From the NCBI GenBank assembly GCA_045106895.1, contig JBGCFM010000039.1:6575-70574 (forward strand): 64,000 nt of DNA, given 5' to 3'. Made by a program: the position numbers and the translations under genes. The DNA is from Polyangiales bacterium (lineage in GTDB: Bacteria; Myxococcota_A; Polyangia; Polyangiales; Houyiibacteriaceae). The notes below the pieces were generated by a model that searched no databases, had not been told where the DNA came from, and saw only the letters and a program-made list of their open reading frames with translations. This document shows positions 29,475 through 38,157 of this stretch, piece after piece; position 1 is the stretch's first letter; each line of letters starts with the position of its first letter.

Positions 29475-30979
29475 GACCAAAACGGCTGCATCCGGCTCAC
29501 ATCTTTTTGGCGGCAGCGTCCTACCTGCGGCGGCTCCTTGTCTTCGTGGGCTTGGTGCTGTTCCAAGTCGGTCGCGACCAATCGACGTCGACGCTCTTGG
29601 GCGTCTTTGTTGGCGTATTGTTCATTATCCTCGGCGCCGCCTTCGTGGACTGGTGGCGCTTTCGTTTCTCCCTTGAAGGCTCCCACTTCGTGATCACCAG
29701 CGGCGTCGTGTCGTTGAAGCGGCGGGAGATACCGCTGGCCAAGATCCAAGATCTCGCCTTCGAACGAAACGCACTCCATCGTATCCTCGGGCTCGTCTCC
29801 GTTTCATTGCAGACTTCGGGAACCGCTGGGGCCGAGGCCGCGCTGAGCGCCGTGAGCGAGGACGACGCCGAAGAGCTCAAGCGGCTCCTCGTCGGTCCCG
29901 GCACGGGAGTCACGGATGGTGTCACGAAGGATGCGCCTTCGGCCCCCGCCGCTCCCATCATTCGGCTTGGAGTGCGCGACCTCATCCTTCGTGGCCTCAC
30001 CGACAACCGCGCTGGACTGCTCATCGCGGGGGCACTCGGCGTATTTCATGAAGCCCTCGAAGCGCAAGCGGACCTCGTCAAAGTCCTCATCATGGGCGCC
30101 GCGGCTCGTTTTGATGATGCCGGCGCGCTCGGCGGGACTACGCTCATCGCCGTCGCTCTGATCATCGTGTGGCTCCTTGGGTACATCGCGTCCTCGGTGT
30201 TCAACCTGCTCGTCTTCTACGGCTTCGAGCTTCGCGAGCGCGACGGAACGTTCCACCGACGCTTTGGGCTGATCACGCTCAAGTCCCACTCACTCCCACG
30301 AGGGCGAATCCAAGCGCTAACCATCCACCAAACGCTGATGCGACGCCTTCTCGGCGTCGCATCGGTTCAAGTGCGCGACATGGGTGGCGGCCAAGATCAG
30401 CAAGAGGCGAAACGCGTTGGCTCCGACACCTTCGTCCCAGCCGGCAAACTGAGCGCGCTCCTCGGGGTACGACGCCACGTCTTCCCGGACGCTCCGACGC
30501 CGAACTGGCGACGCGTATCGACGCGGCTTGTGCGCCGAAGCGCCACAGCGGGGGCCCTCCTGACCACACCATTCTTCGTCCTCGCCTACTTCAACGACTC
30601 CGCCGCCATGGCGTTCTTGCCCATCGTTGGCGCGGTCCTCGGCGGCCTCGCTGGATGGCGCCGCTACCATGTCCTCGCGTACGATTTCTCCGCGGACTAC
30701 TTCGCGCTCCGCGATGGGATCTTTGGTCGAACTTGGACCGACATCCCGCTACGTCGCATCGAAGCCGTTCGAATCGACCGCTCTCCCCTCGACCGGTGGC
30801 ACGGTGTCGCAACGCTCCGCGTCGTGGTGGGAGGCGGAGGCGTCTTTTCAGTGCCCAACGTCGCCCTTAGCTCCGCCGAGCATGTCCGAGACGAGGTGGA
30901 GCGAGCGCTTCCGGTCCCGAGAATCAGGGAATTTGAGCCTTCTGGCGCGCAAGCGCCGACGGAACCTCTCCCGCTCTGA
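29471..30979 (+). CDS. Triple bPH_2-domain membrane protein, YdbT-like
   Basis: Three repeats of a TM pair plus the motif (R.I.L..IQ........R..G...) . GTGA overlap with the YdbS-like gene at 29471-29474. Track ORF 29120.. is an upstream extension. Confidence 0.7.
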   Translation: MRPKRLHPAHIFLAAASYLRRLLVFVGLVLFQVGRDQSTSTLLGVFVGVLFIILGAAFVDWWRFRFSLEGSHFVITSGVVSLKRREIPLAKIQDLAFERNALHRILGLVSVSLQTSGTAGAEAALSAVSEDDAEELKRLLVGPGTGVTDGVTKDAPSAPAAPIIRLGVRDLILRGLTDNRAGLLIAGALGVFHEALEAQADLVKVLIMGAAARFDDAGALGGTTLIAVALIIVWLLGYIASSVFNLLVFYGFELRERDGTFHRRFGLITLKSHSLPRGRIQALTIHQTLMRRLLGVASVQVRDMGGGQDQQEAKRVGSDTFVPAGKLSALLGVRRHVFPDAPTPNWRRVSTRLVRRSATAGALLTTPFFVLAYFNDSAAMAFLPIVGAVLGGLAGWRRYHVLAYDFSADYFALRDGIFGRTWTDIPLRRIEAVRIDRSPLDRWHGVATLRVVVGGGGVFSVPNVALSSAEHVRDEVERALPVPRIREFEPSGAQAPTEPLPL

Positions 30980-31084
30980 GTCTCTCTCGTCAGGAACGCG
31001 GCGGGAAAGCTTCTCGATTTTTGAATCGCGCACTATGTTCTCCACAGCGCTAAGTGGAGCGCTCAACGATGGAAAGCCAAGTTC

Positions 31085-32707
31085 ATGGATGAAGGCGTCT
31101 TTAGAGTTCCCGCACCAGCCAACGAACCCGTACGCGCTTACCTCGCCGGGTCTGAAGATCGCGCTCGCCTCGACGAAGCGCTCAAGAACATCGCGGGGGA
31201 ACGCTTAGACATCGGTGCCGTTATCAACGGTAAGGAGGTGCGCGGCGGCACGACGGAAGACGTCGTCATGCCCCACGACCACCAGCATGTGCTCGGCCAA
31301 GTCCACAACACGAGCGCCGAGGACGTGGACGCCGCGATCCAAGGAGCCCTCGCCGCCGCTCCCGCGTGGCAGGCCCTCACTTTTGAAGAACGCGCCGCCA
31401 TCTTTCTTCGCGCCGCGACGCTCCTCGAAGGGCCGTGGCGGATGCGAATCAACGCGGCCTGTATGCACGGGCAGTCGAAGACTTGTTACCAGGCAGAGAT
31501 CGATGCGGCCTGTGAGCTCATCGACTTCTTTCGCTTCAACGCGTCGTTTGCCCAGCAGATTCACGAGCACCAGCCGCGTTCCTCCGTCGGCGTTTGGAAC
31601 CGTAGCGAGTACCGCCCCCTCGAGGGCTTTGTCTTCGCGGTCTCTCCCTTCAACTTCTTGAGCATTGCGGTGAATCTCCCCGCTGCGCCGGCCTTGATGG
31701 GGAACGTGGTCCTCTGGAAGCCGTCGACCACTTCGATGGTCGGCGCATGGCACTGTCTTCAGCTTCTCAAGGCAGCCGGACTCCCGGACGGCGTCATCCA
31801 GCTGGTCCCCGGTGACGGGAAGACCCAGGGCGATGCCGCGTTGGCGAGCCCTCACCTCGCGGCGATCCACTTCACAGGCAGCACCGGCACGTTCAAAGCG
31901 CTCTGGCGGGGTGTTGCGGAGCGCCTGGACCAGTACCGGAGCTTTCCACGACTTGTGGGCGAGACGGGCGGCAAAGACTTCATCCTCTACCACTCCAGCG
32001 CTGAGCTCGACTCGGCGGCGACGGCCATCGTGCGTGGTGCGTTTGAATACCAGGGCCAAAAATGCAGCGCCGCATCGCGCCTCTACGTGCCAAAGTCGCT
32101 CTACCCGCAGCTTGAAGAACGAGTTCTCGACATGCTTCAAGGCGTCAAAGTTGGCGACCCCCGGGACTATTCGAACTTCATGAGCGCCGTCATCGACCGC
32201 CGCTCTTTCGACAAGATCACAGGCTACCAGGCGTTGGCCAAAGACACCGCCAACGTTCGCTTCGGCGGGACGTCCGACGACTCCAAGGGGTTCTTCATCG
32301 ACCCGACTTTCGTTCGCGTCGACGACCCGCGTCACCGCCTTATGGAGGAGGAGATCTTCGGCCCCGTCGTCACCGCCTTCGTCTACGACGACGACAAGTG
32401 GGACGAGGTTCTCCAGACCATCGACACGACCTCTCCTTACGCGCTCACCGGCGCTGTATTCTCTCAAGACCGCTACGCGGTGCAGCAAGCGAGTCGCGCC
32501 CTTCGGAACGCCGCCGGCAACTTCTATATCAACGACAAGCCCACCGGCGCCGTCGTCGGTCAGCAGCCCTTCGGCGGCGGACGCAAGAGCGGCACCAACG
32601 ATAAGGCGGGCGCGATGTGGAACCTCCTGCGCTGGACCTCACCGAGGTCCATCAAAGAGACCCAGGTTCCTGCCGTCGACTGGCGCTACGGGTTCTTGGA
32701 CTCGTGA
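31085..32707 (+). CDS. pruA: L-glutamate gamma-semialdehyde (1-pyrroline-5-carboxylate) dehydrogenase
   Basis: ALDH motifs FTGSTGTF, GETGGKDF and GQKCSAASR. The N-terminus FRVPAPANEP...INGKEV is typical of ALDH4/PruA-type enzymes. 540 aa. Confidence 0.88.
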   Translation: MDEGVFRVPAPANEPVRAYLAGSEDRARLDEALKNIAGERLDIGAVINGKEVRGGTTEDVVMPHDHQHVLGQVHNTSAEDVDAAIQGALAAAPAWQALTFEERAAIFLRAATLLEGPWRMRINAACMHGQSKTCYQAEIDAACELIDFFRFNASFAQQIHEHQPRSSVGVWNRSEYRPLEGFVFAVSPFNFLSIAVNLPAAPALMGNVVLWKPSTTSMVGAWHCLQLLKAAGLPDGVIQLVPGDGKTQGDAALASPHLAAIHFTGSTGTFKALWRGVAERLDQYRSFPRLVGETGGKDFILYHSSAELDSAATAIVRGAFEYQGQKCSAASRLYVPKSLYPQLEERVLDMLQGVKVGDPRDYSNFMSAVIDRRSFDKITGYQALAKDTANVRFGGTSDDSKGFFIDPTFVRVDDPRHRLMEEEIFGPVVTAFVYDDDKWDEVLQTIDTTSPYALTGAVFSQDRYAVQQASRALRNAAGNFYINDKPTGAVVGQQPFGGGRKSGTNDKAGAMWNLLRWTSPRSIKETQVPAVDWRYGFLDS

Positions 32708-32868
32708 GCGACGAACGGAAAGAAATCGCTGGAGATGGCGAAGAGCGAGTGAAGGGCCGTCAGAAAGACGGCGCCCCGCCCGCGCGCGAACTCTGGCGGG
32801 TGATTCTCGTGGGCGTCCCGGTCATGATCGCCGTTTGGTATTTGATGCGCTGGCTCGGCTTGCGCTAA
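32704..32868 (+). CDS. Possible small (54 aa) tail-anchored membrane protein
   Basis: GTG start overlaps the pruA stop (GTGA). Charged N-terminus followed by the single TM WRVILVGVPVMIAVWYLMRWL. No other support. Confidence 0.3.
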   Translation: MSDERKEIAGDGEERVKGRQKDGAPPARELWRVILVGVPVMIAVWYLMRWLGLR

Positions 32869-33104
32869 GAGAGTTCGCTCACAGTACGTTGTTCGCTGGC
32901 CACCTGCGTGGGCCGGAGCCGACGGATCTGGCGCGACGCGAGCGAAAAACGCTTTTTTCGGCTGCATCTAAAGCTCCTTGGCGGAAGGCCGTTGACGTAG
33001 TCATGTGCCGTTTTGTGCCGACAAGAAGTGCTGAAAAACGATCCACGCATTTGGGTGAGTTTTCGCCCCCTCGCTCCTCGCAAAAAAGGAGCTTTTCGTT
33101 GAAA

Positions 33105-33133
33105 CCTAGGTAAGCTAGCGCGGCTTACCTAGG
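33105..33133. repeat. Perfect 11-bp stem hairpin or palindrome containing three CTAG sites
   Basis: CCTAGGTAAGC-TAGCGCG-GCTTACCTAGG, inside the unusually AT-rich 349-bp region upstream of the OmpA-family gene. Confidence 0.45.
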
Positions 33134-33217
33134 GTAGTCATTGGATGTGTCAGGGGGCCTCCTCGCGGAGCTGACAAACCAGAACTTTATAAGTGCCTAA
33201 TTCAGAGGATAGTTGGA

Positions 33218-35092
33218 ATGAATAAGACCATCAGAACGCAGGGAATACTCGCTGCTGTGATTGCGGGAATGCTCGGCTTCTCGGCCGGCGCCGCAGCTCA
33301 AGAATCTGCGACGTTGAACCAATTTAGGGCTTCTGAGACGCCCAACGACGGCTTTGCGATGAGCCGGCCCGACGACCTCGGGCACATGGACCTCGGAGCG
33401 CAACTCCACGTCGACTACGCGAACGACCCTCTCGTCTACGAGACCTCCCTCGGCGACTCGGACTCCGAGTCCACACGCGTCGTGTCCGACGAGCTCACCG
33501 CACAGGTCGGTCTCGCCTTCGGTCTCTTCGACCGACTGGTCATCTACGCCGGCCTCCCTGTCGTCCTCTGGATGAATGGCGAAGACACCACCGGCCTAAA
33601 CGTTCCAGCCGCAGACGGCTCCGGCCTCGGCGACGTCTTCCTCGGCGCTCGTGTTCGCCTCCTCGGTGAGCGCGACGACAGCTTCGGACTCGGTCTTCAG
33701 GTCACGGGAACCTTCCCCACCGGCGGCGGCGCGTACCGCGGCGACAACTTCCTCACGATTCACCCAGAGCTTCTGGCTGAAGTCCGTGCCGACATCCTCC
33801 GCATCACGTTGAACGCCGGCGCTCGTTTCCGCGAGAACCAGACCTTCCAGTCCGCAGCAGGCGCAGCCGAGGTCACCGTTGGAGACCAGTTCACCTTCGC
33901 TCTCGGCATCAGCGTCCCTCTCTACGGCACGCACCTTCAGCCCGGCACCACGCGCCTCGATCTTCACGTCCAGGCTTGGGGCTCCACGGCCTTCAACAAC
34001 TTCTTCGACCGCGAAGAGACGCCTTTCGAGGCTCTCGCCGGCCTCAAGTTCCACCACAGCTCCGGCATCGTGGCGGGTCTCTCCGGCGGCACCGGCCTCA
34101 ACCGCGGCTTTGGAAGCCCTGACTTCCGCGCCATCGGCACCATCGGCTGGACCCCAGCAGGCGAAGCCGCCGCTGCACCTCCTTCGGACCCAGACGTCGA
34201 CACCGACGGTGACGGCCTCATGGACAACGTCGACGAATGTCCGACCGAGCCTGAAGACGTCGACTCCTTCGAGGACGAGAACGGCTGCCCGGACACCGAC
34301 AACGACAACGACGGAATCCTCGACGCCGATGACCAGTGCCCAATGGACCCAGAGGACATGGACGCCTTTGAGGACGAGAACGGCTGCCCAGACCCGGACA
34401 ACGACGAAGACGGCATCCTCGACACCGCCGATGAGTGCCCCATGCAGCCCGAAGACTTCGACCAGTTCGAAGACGAGAACGGTTGCCCCGACCCGGACAA
34501 CGATGGAGACGGCGTCATGGACGGCGCTGACAACTGCCCACTTGAAGCAGGCGTCGTTGCAAACAATGGCTGCCCCGACGCAGACCGCGATGGCGACACC
34601 GTCGTCGACCGACTCGACAACTGTCCCGACGAAGCTGGCACCGTGGCCAACCAGGGCTGCCGAGCTCGCCAGCAGGTTGTCATTCGTGACGGCCAGCTCG
34701 AGATTCTCGACAAGGTCTTCTTCCGCACCAACAGTGACCGCATCCTGAGCCGCTCCAACCGTCTCTTGAACAACGTCGCCCAGGTCATCAACAACCACCC
34801 GGAGATCACCATCATCCGAGTCGAAGGTCACACCGATGACCGCGGTGACGACGACTACAACATGGACCTCTCCCGCCGTCGTGCGGAGGCCGTCGTTGCT
34901 TACCTCATCCGTAAGGACGTCGAAGCCGGTCGCCTCCGAGCCGCAGGCTTCGGTGAGACTCGCGCCATCGAGACGAACGACACCCGTGAGGGTCGCGCTG
35001 CCAACCGCCGCGTGGAGTTCAACCTCGGCGAGGGTGGAAGCGACATCCAGCAGCAGAATAGCGGCCCAGGCGCCGACTCCATCGACAGCTAG
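33218..35092 (+). CDS. OmpA-family outer-membrane protein with thrombospondin type-3 (TSP3) Ca-binding repeats
   Basis: Signal peptide and N-terminal beta-rich domain. About 7 TSP3 repeats (DxDxDGxxDxxDxCP). C-terminal OmpA_C motif RVEGHTDDRGDDDYNMDLSRRRAEAV...NRRVEF. Confidence 0.9.
   Translation: MNKTIRTQGILAAVIAGMLGFSAGAAAQESATLNQFRASETPNDGFAMSRPDDLGHMDLGAQLHVDYANDPLVYETSLGDSDSESTRVVSDELTAQVGLAFGLFDRLVIYAGLPVVLWMNGEDTTGLNVPAADGSGLGDVFLGARVRLLGERDDSFGLGLQVTGTFPTGGGAYRGDNFLTIHPELLAEVRADILRITLNAGARFRENQTFQSAAGAAEVTVGDQFTFALGISVPLYGTHLQPGTTRLDLHVQAWGSTAFNNFFDREETPFEALAGLKFHHSSGIVAGLSGGTGLNRGFGSPDFRAIGTIGWTPAGEAAAAPPSDPDVDTDGDGLMDNVDECPTEPEDVDSFEDENGCPDTDNDNDGILDADDQCPMDPEDMDAFEDENGCPDPDNDEDGILDTADECPMQPEDFDQFEDENGCPDPDNDGDGVMDGADNCPLEAGVVANNGCPDADRDGDTVVDRLDNCPDEAGTVANQGCRARQQVVIRDGQLEILDKVFFRTNSDRILSRSNRLLNNVAQVINNHPEITIIRVEGHTDDRGDDDYNMDLSRRRAEAVVAYLIRKDVEAGRLRAAGFGETRAIETNDTREGRAANRRVEFNLGEGGSDIQQQNSGPGADSIDS
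34187..34660 (+). repeat. In-frame coding tandem repeats (TSP3 units; three near-identical 99-bp/33-aa units FEDENGCPD.DND.DGILD..D.CP..PED.D)
   Basis: Direct reading of aa 324-481 of the OmpA-family protein. Confidence 0.8.
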
Positions 35093-35107
35093 ACTGCTCA
35101 CGCACCG

Positions 35108-35141
35108 AAAAGCCCACCCGATATCGGGTGGGCTTTTTTGT
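35108..35141 (+). terminator. Rho-independent terminator of the OmpA-family gene
   Basis: Perfect palindrome AGCCCACCCGAT/ATCGGGTGGGCT followed by TTTTTTG, 16 nt after the stop. Confidence 0.88.
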
Positions 35142-35195
35142 TTCCGTCAATGTTGCTTCGCCCGCAACGGGACAGGTTCATGGCATGGTGTGCCC

Positions 35196-36911
35196 ATGGA
35201 CGAGCGGGCCACACTCGAAGACAACCTCCACAAGCTTGAACTTCTCTACGAAGTGGGCATCGCCCTCTCCGCCGAGCACGACACCGACAGGCTGATGGAA
35301 CGCATCCTGATGGAGGCGAAGAAGCTATGCCGCGCGGATGGGGGAACCTTGTACATGCGTACCGAAGACGACCACCTTCGCTTCGCCATCGTTCGCAATG
35401 ACTCGCTTGGCATCGCGCTTGGCGGCACGACGGGCAGCAAAGTACCCTTCGCACCCATCGAGCTCCACGACGACGAGACGCAGCGCCCCAACCACAACAA
35501 CGTGGCGACCTACGCAGCGCTCATCAAGAAGTCCGTCAACATCCCGGATGCGTATGACACGACGACCTTTGACTTCAGTGGCACCAAGGCCTTCGACGAC
35601 GCGAACGGCTACCGCTCGACTTCTTTCCTGACCATTCCCCTCGTCAACCACAAGCGACGGGTCATCGCGGTGCTTCAGCTGATCAACGCCCAAGACGAAG
35701 ATGGAAAGACCATCGCGTTTAGTCGCAGCCGCCAGCGAATCGTCGAAGCGCTAGCCTCGCAGGCAGCGGTGGCCCTTGAGAACCAGCAGCTCATCGACGG
35801 GCAACGAAAGCTCCTGGAGTCGTTCATTCAGATGATCGCCGCCGCCATCGACAGCAAGTCACCCTACACGGGTGCGCACTGTGAGCGAGTGCCGATTCTA
35901 ACGCTCATGCTCGCCCAAGCTGCGTGCGAGCAAGGCGAGGGTCCCTTCGGCTCGTTCAATCTCAGCGAAGACGAGTGGTATGAACTCAAGATCGCGGCGT
36001 GGCTCCATGACTGCGGCAAGGTGACGACGCCGGTCCACATCATGGACAAAGGCACCAAGCTCGAGACCATCAACGACCGCATCGAAACGGTGGCGGCGCG
36101 ATTCGAAGTGCTCAAGCGCGACGCCAAGATCGTCATGCTTGAGGCAAAGCTCAGCGGTGAAAACGCGGAGGACGCCGAAGCGCAGTATGCCGAGACCGTT
36201 GCGCGTCTCAGCGAGGAGCTCGGGTTCCTGCGAGAGGCGAACGTCGGCGCCGAGTTTCTCGCGGACAAGTCTGCCGGCGAGATTCGCGAGATCGGCAAGC
36301 GCCTCTTCATCCAGGAGGGCCTTGAGCGCGCACTCCTCAGTGAAGACGAAGTGGACAACCTTTGTATCTCCCGTGGAACGCTCACGGACGACGAGCGACT
36401 CATCATCAACGGGCACATGGTGCAAACGGTTCAGATGCTCGAGTCGTTGCCCTTTCCGGCAAACCTACGGAACGTGCCCGAGTATGCCGGCGGCCACCAC
36501 GAACGCTTCGATGGCAAGGGCTACCCGCGTGGCCTCTATGCCGGCGATATGTCGATCCCCGCGCGCATCATGGCCATCGCCGACGTCTTCGAGGCGCTCA
36601 CGGCCCAAGACCGTCCTTATAAGAAGGGGAAGACCCTCTCCGAGTCGATGCGCATCATGGGTTTCATGAAGCGTGACAACCACCTGGACCCGGAGCTCCT
36701 CGACCTATTCGTGACGAGCGGGGTGTACAAGGAGTATGGCCGGCGGTACCTGCCGCCTTCGCTCATCGACGAGGTCGACGAAGAAGCGATTCTCGCCATC
36801 GAGCCGAAGGCCTTCGAGCTGCCCCCCGAAGAGCAACGCGAAGAGCGACGTTCTGGCTTCCTCCCACGATACCGTCGGCTTCGTGGAAGCGTGATGGGGG
36901 AGATCGAGTAG
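35196..36911 (+). CDS. GAF-domain HD-GYP phosphohydrolase (putative c-di-GMP phosphodiesterase)
   Basis: HDCGKV and GGHHERFDGKGYPRGL (HD-GYP) motifs. N-terminal GAF-like region. The start ATG 35196 lies after the terminator, and track ORF 34836.. runs through that terminator. Confidence 0.85.
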   Translation: MDERATLEDNLHKLELLYEVGIALSAEHDTDRLMERILMEAKKLCRADGGTLYMRTEDDHLRFAIVRNDSLGIALGGTTGSKVPFAPIELHDDETQRPNHNNVATYAALIKKSVNIPDAYDTTTFDFSGTKAFDDANGYRSTSFLTIPLVNHKRRVIAVLQLINAQDEDGKTIAFSRSRQRIVEALASQAAVALENQQLIDGQRKLLESFIQMIAAAIDSKSPYTGAHCERVPILTLMLAQAACEQGEGPFGSFNLSEDEWYELKIAAWLHDCGKVTTPVHIMDKGTKLETINDRIETVAARFEVLKRDAKIVMLEAKLSGENAEDAEAQYAETVARLSEELGFLREANVGAEFLADKSAGEIREIGKRLFIQEGLERALLSEDEVDNLCISRGTLTDDERLIINGHMVQTVQMLESLPFPANLRNVPEYAGGHHERFDGKGYPRGLYAGDMSIPARIMAIADVFEALTAQDRPYKKGKTLSESMRIMGFMKRDNHLDPELLDLFVTSGVYKEYGRRYLPPSLIDEVDEEAILAIEPKAFELPPEEQREERRSGFLPRYRRLRGSVMGEIE

Positions 36912-38138
36912 ATGACTCGAACTCCGTACGTCGCACTCTTTGGTTTGACGCTCTCCCTGCTCTTCACCTCGTGCGCGGAGGAGGACGAGTGCAGGTTCAA
37001 CTCTCAGTGCGGAACGGGCATGTTCTGCAGCCGCGGCGAGTGTCTACAGAACTGCATCTTGGACACGGACTGCGGCCCCGGCCAGACATGCAACACCGTC
37101 GGTCAATGCGTTGCTCCTGACGGTGGCGCGGACGCCGCAGCGGACGTACCCACGTCAGTCGACGCCGGTGGACGAGATGGGGCCGCGCCGGACGCATCGG
37201 AGCGTGACGTTCCTGTGACTCCCGACGTCGATGCAGGTCAAGACAGCGGCCCAGGCCTAGACGGCGGGCCGCTGGGCGGACGCCTCGACTCGTGCATGAG
37301 CGGCGACGAGTGCGCCTCGACGCGCTGCGACGATTCACGCTGCACCGAAATCTGCACCAGCAACAGCGAGTGCGCTCACGACGAGCTATGCGCCGGCGGC
37401 GTCTGTCGGCGCGACGACACCGGTGAGATGTGCTCTGTGGCCACGGCGACGACGTGTGTCCTGGGACTCTGCCTCGGTGATATGAGCTCCGGCGAGTGCA
37501 CGCGCCCGTGCGACAACGCCGGCGACTGTCCATCCGGGTTCGCGTGCAGCGAAATTAGCGGCCAGCAGGTGTGTATGCTCATCGAAACGCCCTGCACGGG
37601 TGGCGGTACCGAGTGCAGGTCGGGCCTTTGCCTCAGCGCCCAGGGTTGCACCGCCACGTGCCGAACGGCGGCAGACTGTCCGCTTCGAGCCACGGCCCTC
37701 GGCGTGACTGCCTATACGTGCGAGATCATTGCCGGCTCCGCGACACCGGTATGTGTTCCGCCCGCAGACATATTGGGGTCTGCGCCCATCGGAAGCACGT
37801 GTCCGTCGAGCGGCACCAACGATTGCCGGTCAGGACTTTGCAACCCAGGAGCGCCGGGGGGCCCAATGTGTACACAAAGCTGCACGCCGGACGGCGGCTG
37901 CCCTCCTGGCTTCGGCTGCAAACCCGAAGAGGTCGACGCCGGCGTCTTCGAAGCGCTCTGCGCGCGGGCTGGTAGCGGCGCGGTCGGGGCAAGCTGCACC
38001 CAGAGCACGGACTGCGAGAGCGCGATCTGTGATGCCGGTGGGTACTGCTCGCGCCTGTGCAACGACTCCCTGTGCCCGACGGGTTTTCGCTGCGAGACGC
38101 TGCCGAGTTCGTCGCTTCGAACCTGCGTACGTGAGTGA
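36912..38138 (+). CDS. Cys-rich repeat secreted lipoprotein
   Basis: Lipobox LLFTSC. At least 9 copies of a C-x3-5-C-x4-7-C-x4-7-C module (e.g. CRFNSQCGTGMFCSRGEC, CTQSTDCESAICDAGGYC) and an acidic D/A/G linker. The ATG immediately follows the HD-GYP stop (0-nt gap). Confidence 0.65.
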   Translation: MTRTPYVALFGLTLSLLFTSCAEEDECRFNSQCGTGMFCSRGECLQNCILDTDCGPGQTCNTVGQCVAPDGGADAAADVPTSVDAGGRDGAAPDASERDVPVTPDVDAGQDSGPGLDGGPLGGRLDSCMSGDECASTRCDDSRCTEICTSNSECAHDELCAGGVCRRDDTGEMCSVATATTCVLGLCLGDMSSGECTRPCDNAGDCPSGFACSEISGQQVCMLIETPCTGGGTECRSGLCLSAQGCTATCRTAADCPLRATALGVTAYTCEIIAGSATPVCVPPADILGSAPIGSTCPSSGTNDCRSGLCNPGAPGGPMCTQSCTPDGGCPPGFGCKPEEVDAGVFEALCARAGSGAVGASCTQSTDCESAICDAGGYCSRLCNDSLCPTGFRCETLPSSSLRTCVRE

Positions 38139-38157
38139 GAGAGGGAGGGAGACTCGC

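Noticed and set aside
34267-34560. Regular roughly 99-bp periodic repeats that could superficially suggest a CRISPR-like or satellite array
   Set aside because: The repeats are in-frame within a CDS and encode TSP3 calcium-binding units. There is no repeat-spacer architecture.
33596-35101. 501-aa minus-strand ORF (and 33879..34748 +, 33964..34815 -) over the OmpA-family gene
   Set aside because: The plus-strand frame carries unambiguous TSP3 and OmpA_C motifs. The others are mirror or alternate frames of an acidic repeat region.
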